Part shown: positions 40,129-50,040 of the stretch, in pieces
Position numbering within the stretch: the stretch's first letter is position 1
How the letters are laid out: each line of letters starts with the position of its first letter
Assembly (NCBI GenBank): GCA_963726255.1
Contig: CAVSBL010000002.1
Span: forward strand, 1,856,001 to 1,920,000
DNA: 64,000 nt
Direction: 5' to 3'
Origin: Candidatus Bathyarchaeota archaeon
GTDB lineage: Archaea > Thermoproteota > Bathyarchaeia > 40CM-2-53-6
Program-made: the position numbers and the translations under genes
The notes under the pieces: generated by a model
The model's input: the letters and a program-made list of their open reading frames with translations, nothing else
The model's database searches: none
Told to the model about the DNA's origin: nothing

Positions 40129-41445
40129 CTACCGGTCAGTTCCGCACCATTCTGTAACCGCGACGCAGAGAATTTTCGCCGTCTTCACTATTGAATCGAT
40201 TGAAACGAACTCGTCGACGACGTGAGCTTGTTCTGTAGGTCCGGGTCCTAAGGCGATTGAGGGAATCTGCAGCAGGTTCATGAGGTGGGCCCCGTCGTCC
40301 CATGAGTCTAAGGCGGAGATTCGCGCTTTTACGGAAACTGCGTCAGCAGCGGACATAACATTACGGACTAGTGGATGATCACGTTCCACTTCCATGGGGG
40401 GAAGGTCCATTATCCACTCGATTCGGGCAGGGTGTTCTGCCAGCCAACTGTCCGCTTGACAAGAACGGGCAAGATGTTCTTCGATTTCTCTCTTGACTTT
40501 GGTTCCATAGCCTTTCTCATCGCGATCGGCGGGAAGGTATTGAATGTCCATCTCCATCTCGCACTTGTCAGGTATCGTCGCCCAGAAGTCGCCTGACTTG
40601 ATTATTGTTGGCATTATTCTGGGTGCGGATAACAACTCGTGTTTCTTCGCGGACCTTTTAGTCCAATCCGCCTCTAAGGTTCGAAATGCGTCGAGAACTA
40701 TGGATGCCTTCTCGATCGCGTTGACTGCTCCCCCCTCGCTCCAGTGTGGGTGGTTCAGTTCCGCATGACCAGCCCGCCCATCAACAATCGCCCTCGCCCA
40801 GAGCAGACCTCTGGTCGCAATCCAGAGGTTCAAATTGCTGGGCTCTGGGATTATCGCAGCGTCAGCCTTGTAGCCTCGATCAATGCAGGCGACTGTACCC
40901 ATTCCATTGATTTCCTCGTCAAGGACGGTTTCTATGATCAAGTCGCCCTTCAGTTTCAACTTGGAACTGCTAATCACTTTCGCGGTGGCGATTATTGCTG
41001 CTGCTCCAGCTTTCATGTCGCAAGAACCGCGGCCAAAGATCTTACCATCCTTGACTTCTCCTCCCCATGGATCATGTTTCCATTTTGACGCGTGGTCGGC
41101 TGGTACGACGTCGATGTGTGCGTTGAGGATTAGTGAACGGCCGTCCCCAGAGCCTTTGAGTGTGGCTGCGAGCATGGGCCTCTTGTTGAAATTTTGTCCC
41201 TTGATGTAGAACGGGTGGTGTGATAACTTGTTGATGTCGGGTTCCCAAAGGTCTACTTTGAATCCGAGCTCTTTGAGTTCTTCAGCGACGTATTCTTGGC
41301 ATTGTTTATCATCGAATGCTGCCTGCCCAGGGTTGGGTGAGGTTGTGTTGAACTTTACTAGGTCGCTGGTGAGCTTAACGATTTGGTCGGTCCTTTTCTC
41401 AACGGCGTTTAGTAGCGTCTTTGTTTCATCTTGCAAGTGAAACAT
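40129..41445 (-). CDS. ArgE/DapE family deacylase (M20A)
   Basis: NAHIDVVP, GRGSCDMKAG, DEEING.G, AHVVDE. Confidence 0.9.
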   Translation of the reverse strand: MFHLQDETKTLLNAVEKRTDQIVKLTSDLVKFNTTSPNPGQAAFDDKQCQEYVAEELKELGFKVDLWEPDINKLSHHPFYIKGQNFNKRPMLAATLKGSGDGRSLILNAHIDVVPADHASKWKHDPWGGEVKDGKIFGRGSCDMKAGAAAIIATAKVISSSKLKLKGDLIIETVLDEEINGMGTVACIDRGYKADAAIIPEPSNLNLWIATRGLLWARAIVDGRAGHAELNHPHWSEGGAVNAIEKASIVLDAFRTLEADWTKRSAKKHELLSAPRIMPTIIKSGDFWATIPDKCEMEMDIQYLPADRDEKGYGTKVKREIEEHLARSCQADSWLAEHPARIEWIMDLPPMEVERDHPLVRNVMSAADAVSVKARISALDSWDDGAHLMNLLQIPSIALGPGPTEQAHVVDEFVSIDSIVKTAKILCVAVTEWCGTDR

Positions 41446-41453
41446 TCAACCGT

Positions 41454-42800
41454 CTAAGCTATGGCCTTGAGGGCTTGCTCTGCAGCGGTAACGGCTTTCT
41501 GAACGTCTTCCGTTGTGTGCTCTGTACATACGAAAAGGTGCTCGTACTGTTGTGGGTGGAAGTAGATCCCTCTTTTGAGGAGCTCCTTGTGAAATCGTAG
41601 ATATTTCTCGGAGTCAGTGCTGAAGAAGTCTCGATAGTTTCGAATCTTCTTCATCTTTGTGAAGTATAGTTGGCAGCCGCCAGCTCCTACGCCTTGCACA
41701 ATTCCATCTGTTCGCGTCTTCTCCACCGCGCCCTGCAAGCCGTCCTGGAGCATCCTGCCCACCCTATGCATGTGTTTGTAGGCTGCACCGTCGTTCTTGG
41801 TAAGTTCAGTTAAAGCGGTGTATGCCGCGGCGACGCAGAGCGGATTTGCATTGAAGGTTCCGGCATGCATTATCTTCCCGGGTACGACTTGTTCCATGAT
41901 CTCTTTCACGCCCGTTATTGCTGAAATTGGAAACCCTGCGCCCAAAGCCTTCGCGAATGTTGCAAGGCCGGGTTCAAGACCGAAGTATTCTTGGGCTCCG
42001 CCTGGGGCCAATCTGAAGCCGCTGATGACTTCATCGAGGATGAAGACAACATCGTATTTTTCGCAAAGTTCCTGCAGTCCCTTCAGGTAACCTTTCTCTG
42101 GAAGGACGGTTCCAATGTTCATCAGGATAGGTTCGGTTATTATTGCAGCGATCTCATGTGCCCTTCTCTTCAGTGTCTTTTCGACCACTGAGAGGTCGTT
42201 CCATGGCAGAAGGATGACGGTGCGAGCAGTCTCTTCGGGTATACCCCACGTCGCAGCGATCTTGAAGGGTGCAATTGAGGATCCGAGTGAAGGGGTCCCT
42301 AGACCCCCCAGCAATACATAATCATGAGCTCCGTGGTAACAACCTTCGAATTTGATGATCTTGTCTTTTCCGGTGTAGCCTCGTGCAATCCTGATCGCAT
42401 GCATGGTCGCCTCTGCGCCAGAGTTCGAGAACCTAACCATATCTGCGTTTGGGACAATTTCGCAGACCTTCTCGGCCAGTTTGACTTCCGTCTCGTTGAG
42501 TACCGCGAAAGCTGTACCCTTTTCCAATTGTGCACGAACAGCTTCCATCAATTTGGGATGGCAGTGGCCGAGGATACATGGTCCCATAGATAGGATGAAA
42601 TCGATGTATTGGTTTCCGTCTGCGTCCCAAATCTTTGACCCTTTCCCCCTCTCGAAGGTTAGTGGATAGGGATCGAAGACAGGGTAACATTGACCGTGTG
42701 AGCTGGCCCCGCCGGGCATTACCTTGAGCGCCCTTTGGTAGAGGTTCCATGACTTGCGCGTTGTCAGGCCAGGAGTGTATTCAACATAGGAGTTAGGCAT
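41454..42800 (-). CDS. Class III PLP aminotransferase (glutamate-1-semialdehyde aminomutase-like)
   Basis: NSGAEAT, FEGCYHG, DEVISGFR, AKALGAGFP, HAGTFNANP. Confidence 0.9.
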   Translation of the reverse strand: MPNSYVEYTPGLTTRKSWNLYQRALKVMPGGASSHGQCYPVFDPYPLTFERGKGSKIWDADGNQYIDFILSMGPCILGHCHPKLMEAVRAQLEKGTAFAVLNETEVKLAEKVCEIVPNADMVRFSNSGAEATMHAIRIARGYTGKDKIIKFEGCYHGAHDYVLLGGLGTPSLGSSIAPFKIAATWGIPEETARTVILLPWNDLSVVEKTLKRRAHEIAAIITEPILMNIGTVLPEKGYLKGLQELCEKYDVVFILDEVISGFRLAPGGAQEYFGLEPGLATFAKALGAGFPISAITGVKEIMEQVVPGKIMHAGTFNANPLCVAAAYTALTELTKNDGAAYKHMHRVGRMLQDGLQGAVEKTRTDGIVQGVGAGGCQLYFTKMKKIRNYRDFFSTDSEKYLRFHKELLKRGIYFHPQQYEHLFVCTEHTTEDVQKAVTAAEQALKAIA

Positions 42801-43034
42801 CGATCATTCCTCTTCTCAAGATTAGTGAGTGTGCCCATTCACACTATGGATATTTATTACGTTCGAGCAACTGCCCGAGGCCAGACTTTTGGCGTACAGA
42901 GTACCTATTCGAGAGTAGGCCTCACTGACCACTCGTCACTTTGTCCGTGGATAGAATCAAGGGTCATAATCCGACAAGAAGTTAAACTATCACGCGGAAA
43001 TTCTGGATCGAGTGACTAAGGAGCGCTCGTTTTA

Positions 43035-44006
43035 GTGAATACCACACTCACGGCGGTTGAGGGGTTAAGGGTCGGACATGCCCAAGACAAATCTACGCCG
43101 ACCGGTTGCACCGTGATTCTATTCGAGCCCGAAGCTGACGTCGCGTGCGAAGCACGCGGTGGATGGCCGGGAACCTACGATACGCATTCAATAGACGTGA
43201 CCAAGACCTTCGTCAAGAAACACGCCGTATTCCTTACGGGGGGTGACGTATTTGGATTTGACACGGCGATCGGGATAAGGCGGTATTTGATTGAGCGCGG
43301 TTTAGCTTCTGCCACGGGAGTTGGCAAGCTCCCTGGCATCGTGGGAGCAAACATCTACGACCTACCCATCGCTACAGTCGACAAAGTCCGATACCCCGAT
43401 TTAGGGTACCTAGCATGCATGAATGCTTCAAGGGAACCAGTTGGAGAGGGCAATATTGGTGCGGGAGTAGGCGGGACAGTGGGAAAACTCAAAGGCATCG
43501 AATTTGCCTGCAAAGGCGGATGCGGCACAACCGCAATGGCTCTGCGTAACGAAATTGTTGTGGCTGCAATAGTCGTCACAAATGCGTATGGGAACGTATA
43601 CGACATTGAAACAGGGAAGACCATAGCCGGCACCAGAAAAACCGACCGAGGTTTCATCGAATTCGACGAAGCAATCGCTGATTACCTGAATGACCATGCT
43701 CCACACCATACTACGATTGGTCTCGTTGCAACCAATATTGACTTGTCTCACGAGCAATTGATCAAGGTCGCACAGATGGCTCATGATGGGCTGGCAATGT
43801 CGATCAGGCCCGTGCACATGTCAACCGACGGTGATACTATGTTCGCTGCCTCCACGGCTAAAGTGAGGGGATTACGTGATCTAGACCGAATTGTTGACAT
43901 TGTAGGGTATGCTGGAGCCCAATGCGTCGCTAAATCGGTCGTCAGAAGCGTAAAGGCAGCACAAACATTGGCCAATGTCCCTGGCTGGAGCGACACACCG
44001 AAATAG
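43035..44006 (+). CDS. DmpA/P1 (S58) family aminopeptidase
   Basis: GLRVGHA, GCTV, RGGWPGT, EGNIGAGVG, TTIG, AHDGLA..IRP.H...DGD. Confidence 0.88.
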   Translation: MNTTLTAVEGLRVGHAQDKSTPTGCTVILFEPEADVACEARGGWPGTYDTHSIDVTKTFVKKHAVFLTGGDVFGFDTAIGIRRYLIERGLASATGVGKLPGIVGANIYDLPIATVDKVRYPDLGYLACMNASREPVGEGNIGAGVGGTVGKLKGIEFACKGGCGTTAMALRNEIVVAAIVVTNAYGNVYDIETGKTIAGTRKTDRGFIEFDEAIADYLNDHAPHHTTIGLVATNIDLSHEQLIKVAQMAHDGLAMSIRPVHMSTDGDTMFAASTAKVRGLRDLDRIVDIVGYAGAQCVAKSVVRSVKAAQTLANVPGWSDTPK

Positions 44007-44220
44007 AAACTTCAACATATCTCGCAATCTGTAACCAGCGATCATCGAGCACACCCCCAGAGTGACCAGCTCACCCAAGAGCTTATTCCTGCTCCAGTCG
44101 CTCGCAGATTCCTTCTTGTTGTATGCGCCAAGTCGATCTGAACCGTCCGCGGAGTTACTTAGAACAGCCGATTTTGACTGCCCCGTAAAGAAAGTAAGGG
44201 TCTTGTTCTGAATAGAGCCC

Positions 44221-44493
44221 ATGAGCAGACGTAAGGATGATGCGTTTTACCTTTACTTCATAGTCAGATCAATATTGATGGGTTTGCTGGGGGCGCTGAT
44301 ATTCTCAGTTATCATATGGCTCCTCAACACTTCCAAATTACTCTACGTCCTCTCTATCTCCGCCGGAAGCTTCTTCATCGTAATGTTCCTCACTCGAGTA
44401 TTCGATAATCAGATACGGAGTTTAGTTAACAAAATCCTTGAGAAATTAGATAAGTGGCCCCGAGCGAAGGATTTCCTCTTGAGGCATTTCTAA
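44221..44493 (+). CDS. Small 2-TM membrane protein
   Basis: ATG ORF with two hydrophobic helices. Confidence 0.6.
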   Translation: MSRRKDDAFYLYFIVRSILMGLLGALIFSVIIWLLNTSKLLYVLSISAGSFFIVMFLTRVFDNQIRSLVNKILEKLDKWPRAKDFLLRHF

Positions 44494-44603
44494 CAAGTCT
44501 CATTGTTTAGAGGCGTTTCTTGTAATCGCCTCGAAACGTAAGAAAAAAGAAAGGAAGCGGGGAGGTTCAGCCGTCGTAGTTTTGGTTTGCGCTCGGGATG
44601 AGG

Positions 44604-46208
44604 TTATACTGGTGGGATTTCGTGGAATGCGAGTTCAATGTCCAGTCCGTGTTTCTTGTGGTAGTAGACGCTTGCATAGTAGACTATGATGCATCCGACG
44701 ACGATTGCAAGAGCGATTCCTGCTCCAGTCAGTGTTGGAACGACAATCAGTGGGTTGATCAATGCTAAGTAGCCTATGTAGAAGAATGATATGGTTGTCA
44801 ACAGCCCTAGTATGCTAATGATGGGCACGCTGCCTACTTTCTTCCTCATCCAGCCAGGAGCCGAATCTAGCAGATCTTTCTTTGTGAATGGGAATATTGT
44901 TGTGGCAATCCCTGGAACGACGAAACAGAACGCCCAAAGGAATGTGCCTATGGTTTCAGCAGTAGGCCATGATGTGAACCAGTATAGGGCAAAGATGAGT
45001 ATTGACATCAACGTTATGGTAATTATGGAGACGTGCGGCGTTCTGAATCGCTTGCTCACATCGGCCATCTTTGTGGGGATGATTCGGTCAAATGACCATG
45101 CGAAGAAGTACCTGCTTGGGATCCAGAAGTAAACGAATGGGGCGGTAAGGGAACCCGCTAGCATTGTGAATAGGACCAAGAAGACTAGAAACTGGTTCGG
45201 GTAGGCGATTAGGGAAACCATCATGGGATAGGTCGGTGCGTAGGGCATTACACCAGAGTAGGCGGAGGGGGCGTTGTCCCATAGGTAGCCCACCGAGTAC
45301 ATCCAGTTCTCGCCTAGGTTGTTCAACGTCAATGCCGCGGTGACACTCCATATCACTATGCCGAGGATTAACGAAAGTAGCAATGCAATTGGGATGGCGC
45401 GTTTGACGTTTTTCACTTCACCTGCAACTACGTTGGCGAAGTTTCCTCCGAGGAGGAACAGAGCGGCGAAGGGAGCGCTAGCTATAGAGGCGGCCAGGGT
45501 GATGGTTGGGGGTGACCATCCAGATTGGGTTGCCAGTTTTGTCAATCCTCCGTAGGTTGAGAACTGGCCTAGGACAGTGTCCCATTTGGCTGCAAAGGCT
45601 GTTGGGTTCGTTGAACCTACGAAGCTCCACATCACGACGATTCCTATGACGGCTAGGGCCCATGCTACGTAGAGGAAGCCTCTCACAGCTTTGGCTCCGA
45701 CGATGGCGAGGGTTGCGAAGCACACAGTAATTAGAACTGAAAGTCCGAACCCTCCCACCGGACTACTGAGAAATGTGCCTAGGCTGATCAATCCCTGCGA
45801 ATTGTAGAGGAAGCCCCAGATTGTCAACGCTGTTGAAATGCCGGATGCGTAGGCGGCTGTGCCGCCGACGTATGCCGTGGCGAAGACTGAGAACATGTAG
45901 AGGAAGGACCAAGCGAAGCCTATGGCCGGATGCATAATTCTTGCAACCCAGACGTAGTCGTTGCCGGACCTGGGCATTATGACGCCCATAGCCCAGTAGA
46001 TCACCATCAACAGGACGAATGGGATGCCGGTTATGACGAGGGCCAATGGAAGGTTCGCGCCAGGGTTGAAGCCGTAATACCATGGGAATTGGAGGATTGT
46101 GTAGGTGAGGGCGAAAACGGCGGCTGATGCAATTAACAAAGTGTCGAGTGTTCCGAATTCTCTGACTAAACCACTTGACGTTCTTGCGAAGAAGGTCTTT
46201 TGAGCCAT
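44604..46208 (-). CDS. APC family amino acid/polyamine permease, copy 2
   Basis: FARTSSGLVREFG, MPRSGNDYV, AGEVKN, FAWSFDRIIP. Confidence 0.9.
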   Translation of the reverse strand: MAQKTFFARTSSGLVREFGTLDTLLIASAAVFALTYTILQFPWYYGFNPGANLPLALVITGIPFVLLMVIYWAMGVIMPRSGNDYVWVARIMHPAIGFAWSFLYMFSVFATAYVGGTAAYASGISTALTIWGFLYNSQGLISLGTFLSSPVGGFGLSVLITVCFATLAIVGAKAVRGFLYVAWALAVIGIVVMWSFVGSTNPTAFAAKWDTVLGQFSTYGGLTKLATQSGWSPPTITLAASIASAPFAALFLLGGNFANVVAGEVKNVKRAIPIALLLSLILGIVIWSVTAALTLNNLGENWMYSVGYLWDNAPSAYSGVMPYAPTYPMMVSLIAYPNQFLVFLVLFTMLAGSLTAPFVYFWIPSRYFFAWSFDRIIPTKMADVSKRFRTPHVSIITITLMSILIFALYWFTSWPTAETIGTFLWAFCFVVPGIATTIFPFTKKDLLDSAPGWMRKKVGSVPIISILGLLTTISFFYIGYLALINPLIVVPTLTGAGIALAIVVGCIIVYYASVYYHKKHGLDIELAFHEIPPV

Positions 46209-46361
46209 TACATGATCACATCTTGTTTGCAGATTTTCAGTCCATCACTTGAACTAGTCAGGATATAAGATATTCCAAACAAGAACCATCCTTGGAAAAA
46301 GGGTAACACTCGGTAGCAAAGGATAATTGGTGCACGGGCAAACCGCTGGCGGCGCCTATTC

Positions 46362-47141
46362 TTGGAAAATCGAAGCGGCCTCTCAGACTTCTTCAAAGAT
46401 GCTTTGATGATAATTGAGGCCGCGAAGCAGAAACAAATCGAGTTGAGGTTGATGGGTGCAACGGCCATTTACTACCGTTGCCCAAACTCAAGAAACTTGA
46501 CTGGGGCAATGAGTAGGGCACTTACCGATTTAGATTTCATGACGCTGTCCAAGTATGTGAGGCATATTCCTGATTTGTTTGCAAGTCTCGGCTTCGAAGG
46601 GAATGAGCGAGTAAATGCCCTATACGGGCTGAGGCGCCAAATCTACGCTGACCCGAAAAATGCAAGGCACATCGATGTGTTCGTTGACAAACTTACTTTC
46701 TGCCACCAACTCGACCTAACCCGCAGATTGGAGTTGGACCCGGTCACACTATCGTTGGCTGATCTTCTCCTGGAGAAGATGCAAATCGTGAAGATCGGAG
46801 AGAAAGACGTGAAAGACACAATCATACTCCTTCGGGAACACGAACTAGGTGACAGTGACAATGGGAGAATAAACATGGACTACGTAGCAAAACTGTTGGC
46901 GGACGATTGGGGATTCTATTACACCGTGACAACCAACCTAAAGAAAACAAAGGACTATGCGAACAGCCTCACAGTCCTTAGCCAAGAGGACCGCAAGCTG
47001 GTGGGCAGCAAGATAGATATGCTCCTGGATAAAATCGAGCGAGAAGGCAAGTCATTCAAGTGGAAGATGCGCGCAAAGGCTGGCACCAAGGTACAATGGT
47101 ATAGCGACGCCGAGGATGTTGAAAACAGAGCCGCGACCTGA
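46362..47141 (+). CDS. Putative Pol-beta superfamily nucleotidyltransferase, copy 2
   Basis: LRLMGATAI...TDLD, HIDVF, LLLEKMQ..GEKDVKD, KWKMRAK; clear paralog of 38434. Confidence 0.7.
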   Translation: MENRSGLSDFFKDALMIIEAAKQKQIELRLMGATAIYYRCPNSRNLTGAMSRALTDLDFMTLSKYVRHIPDLFASLGFEGNERVNALYGLRRQIYADPKNARHIDVFVDKLTFCHQLDLTRRLELDPVTLSLADLLLEKMQIVKIGEKDVKDTIILLREHELGDSDNGRINMDYVAKLLADDWGFYYTVTTNLKKTKDYANSLTVLSQEDRKLVGSKIDMLLDKIEREGKSFKWKMRAKAGTKVQWYSDAEDVENRAAT

Positions 47142-47160
47142 TTAATCAGAATGAAGTTCG

Positions 47161-48111
47161 ATGCCAACTAAAATATTCTTCGCGACCGACCTGCATGGGT
47201 CGGAGAAGTGCTTTCTGAAGTTCGTTAACGCAGCCAAGTTCTACAAAGCAAACACCCTGATAATGGGTGGCGATATTACCGGGAAGATGATTATACCGAT
47301 CATTAAGGAGCCGAACGGTAAGTACCACGCAACATTCGTGGGAAACAAACGTACGGCGAAGAATGAAGAGGAGCTCCAGGATCTGCAAAGGGCGATACGG
47401 TTTGCTGGTTACTACCCTTATTTGACGAATCCTCAGCAGATGGAGCAGCTTCAGGCTGACGATTCGAGAGTGCAAGCGATTTTCAAAGAACTCATGTTGG
47501 ACACCGTGAAGAGATGGGTTCAACTCGCGGAAGCGCGTTTGAAGGAGTCTAACATAAGGGTGTACATTACCGGCGGGAACGATGACATAGCAGAAATCGA
47601 AAGCATCATCGGAAGTTCAAGCTACGTGATCGACCCTGAGGACAAGGTTGTAGAACTCGACGGGAAGTTTGAGATGATTAGTACAGGCTGGAGTAACCCG
47701 ACACCTTGGAAGACCGCACGCGAGTGCCCTGAAGATCAACTTTGGGCCAAGATAGAAAAGATGGCTGCCCAGGTCCAGAACATGAAGAACTGCATCTTCA
47801 ACTTGCATGTGCCGCCCATAGACTCCGGCCTCGACACATGCCCCAAACTAGATGAGAACCTCAAACCCGTTCTCGCGGGCGGAGAGATCGTGATGACCTC
47901 AGGTGGAAGCACTTCGGTTCGAAAGGCTATTGAGGTATACCAGCCATTGCTGGGTTTACACGGCCACATCCATGAATCCAAAGGATTCTTGAAAGTTGGT
48001 AGAACTCTCTGCCTCAACCCTGGAAGTGAATATGGCGAAGGGATTTTACGAGGTGCGCTAGTCGAATTGGATGATGGCTCAGTCAAGAACTTCCTGCTCA
48101 CACAAGGTTGA
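47161..48111 (+). CDS. Calcineurin-like metallophosphoesterase (Icc-related), copy 2
   Basis: TDLHG, GGDITG, GNDD, HVPP, GLHGHIHE, NPGSEY; paralog of 37486. Confidence 0.9.
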   Translation: MPTKIFFATDLHGSEKCFLKFVNAAKFYKANTLIMGGDITGKMIIPIIKEPNGKYHATFVGNKRTAKNEEELQDLQRAIRFAGYYPYLTNPQQMEQLQADDSRVQAIFKELMLDTVKRWVQLAEARLKESNIRVYITGGNDDIAEIESIIGSSSYVIDPEDKVVELDGKFEMISTGWSNPTPWKTARECPEDQLWAKIEKMAAQVQNMKNCIFNLHVPPIDSGLDTCPKLDENLKPVLAGGEIVMTSGGSTSVRKAIEVYQPLLGLHGHIHESKGFLKVGRTLCLNPGSEYGEGILRGALVELDDGSVKNFLLTQG

Positions 48112-48117
48112 CGAACT

Positions 48118-49011
48118 ATGAGCCCATTAGCGCGAGATTTCATCGGTTACGGCAAGAAAGTACCGAAGGTTCGATGGCCCAAAGGAGCAAGGCTCGCGTT
48201 AACCTTCGCCATCAATTATGAGGCTGGAGGCGAACACTCCGTCGCCTTCGGGGATCAGGGAGCCGAAACTTTCGGCGAGTTTCCCGCATACGGAACCCCG
48301 CCCAAGCGCGACCTAGCGATCGAATCCATCTTCGAATACGAGACCAGGGTCGCGATATGGAGAATCCTGCGGACGTTCGACAAATACAACACGAAAACTA
48401 CATTCTTTGCTACCGCGAAAACATTGGAAACCAACCCGGAGGCAGCTAGGGACATAGTTCAGAGAGGGCATGAGATATGCAGCCACGGTTACCGTTGGAT
48501 CGAACACTTTACACTAACCCGCGAAGAAGAGCGCGACGCCATTCGCAAGGCTGTAGCCTCAATTGAGAGCGTGACAGGACAGAGGCCTGTTGGCTGGTAT
48601 TGTAGGGAGCCCAGCGAGAACACGATTGAGCTTCTTGTCGAAGAGGGAGGATTTCTGTACGATTCAGACGTCTACAACGACGACTTCCCTTATTACGCAA
48701 ATGTCAACGGAGAACATTTCCTTCTGATCCCATACACGCCGGACGTGAACGACTTTCACTACTTCTCCAACAGATTCAGCAATTCCGAGGAGTTCTACCA
48801 ATATCTCAAAGATTCCTTCGACCAAATGTACGATGAGGGGCGTCAGAACCCTAAGATGATGAACGTAGGCTTGCACGTAAGAATATCAGGCAGAGCCGGG
48901 AGGACGGTTGCTGTCGGCAGATTTCTCAAATACGTTAACGCGAAGCCAAAGGTTTGGATAGCCCGTAGGGTTGACATCGCGAAATGGTGGCTTGAAAACC
49001 ACAAACCCTAG
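48118..49011 (+). CDS. PuuE-like allantoinase / polysaccharide deacetylase family
   Basis: RDFIGYG...WP.GAR, INYEAG, ES.FEY, SHGYRW, GWY, MMNVGLH.RISGR. Confidence 0.85.
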   Translation: MSPLARDFIGYGKKVPKVRWPKGARLALTFAINYEAGGEHSVAFGDQGAETFGEFPAYGTPPKRDLAIESIFEYETRVAIWRILRTFDKYNTKTTFFATAKTLETNPEAARDIVQRGHEICSHGYRWIEHFTLTREEERDAIRKAVASIESVTGQRPVGWYCREPSENTIELLVEEGGFLYDSDVYNDDFPYYANVNGEHFLLIPYTPDVNDFHYFSNRFSNSEEFYQYLKDSFDQMYDEGRQNPKMMNVGLHVRISGRAGRTVAVGRFLKYVNAKPKVWIARRVDIAKWWLENHKP

Positions 49012-49023
49012 AATAACTGAATG

Positions 49024-49188
49024 TCATTGGGGCCGCAGAACCGCTTTCTTGGTTATTTGCGGCGAACAATTCTTGTGCGCTCGACAGTAAATCTCGCAGC
49101 TGTTCGCTGTAGCCTGGTCGGCGTACCCCGAACCGCAGATTTCACAGAGATACACGATTTTCTGCAGATAGCTGATTACTAAAACCAA
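49024..49188 (-). CDS. Small zinc-binding protein (probable TTG start 49188)
   Basis: YLCEICG.GY....A..CE.YC..H..CS..ITKKA. Confidence 0.6.
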   Translation of the reverse strand: MVLVISYLQKIVYLCEICGSGYADQATANSCEIYCRAHKNCSPQITKKAVLRPQ

Positions 49189-49401
49189 CCGTGGTCCACC
49201 TTGATTCATCAATTCGGGTAGATGAGGATTAGTTTGCAGCTGGTCGGCCGCTCCAACCGCCTTCCACACCGACAATATAGTAGTGCAAGATAGCTGATCG
49301 GCCAGAGAGCGACAACTTAACGGCGCCACGCACCACGCTTTCCAAATTTGACGTCGAGAGAGTTTTCTACCAAGTGGAAATAGGTTTAAGGAATCATCCT
49401 C

Positions 49402-50040
49402 ATGGTCATCAATGCGTGCTTAGTTATGCCCAAGGCTAAGGAAGTGAACGCCCCGAGCGATTCAAATCGTGGCCATCGTTCATTGGCGGTCGTCGGACTC
49501 GTTCTAGTCATAATTCTTAGCTTAGCGTTCTTAGGGTACGCTGTGCTGAACAATCACACAACATTAATCACCCAAAACCTATTGATTACAAACACGACCA
49601 ACCTTTACACTATACAAACGCAGACAGTAACTACGGCACTAACGGCCGCCACGACGGTCACGAGAACAACATTCACCGGGTTCGGTTATGGCTATTATCC
49701 GGGTTGCATGAGTTACGGTTGTCCCGAACAGAACCTCGCCTATTATGGTAATTTCAACACATGCCGGGGTTCGGGGTCCAATAGCGAGGCTCAATGCTAC
49801 GGATACATAGAAGGGTCCTCGGACGGATGCATAATCCTCGCAGCCCCATTCATCGACCCGCATAACAGCAGCCCCTACGTAGTCTACCAGTACTATACGT
49901 TACATAATCTACCGTCACCATACCCCAGTGCGGGTACCTGGGTTACTGTGACAGGACAGCTATACCAAGGCTACACCACGAGCCCCACTGGCGCCGCTTG
50001 CCCAAGCAACAACATCAACGTAACTTCAATCACGCAGTAA
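49402..50040 (+). CDS. Membrane-anchored Thr/Tyr/Cys-rich extracellular protein
   Basis: N-terminal TM, Thr tract, six Cys, Tyr-rich. Confidence 0.65.
   Translation: MVINACLVMPKAKEVNAPSDSNRGHRSLAVVGLVLVIILSLAFLGYAVLNNHTTLITQNLLITNTTNLYTIQTQTVTTALTAATTVTRTTFTGFGYGYYPGCMSYGCPEQNLAYYGNFNTCRGSGSNSEAQCYGYIEGSSDGCIILAAPFIDPHNSSPYVVYQYYTLHNLPSPYPSAGTWVTVTGQLYQGYTTSPTGAACPSNNINVTSITQ

Noticed and set aside
41454-42800. hemL assignment
   Set aside because: No tetrapyrrole genes nearby and the operon context is catabolic; left at family level
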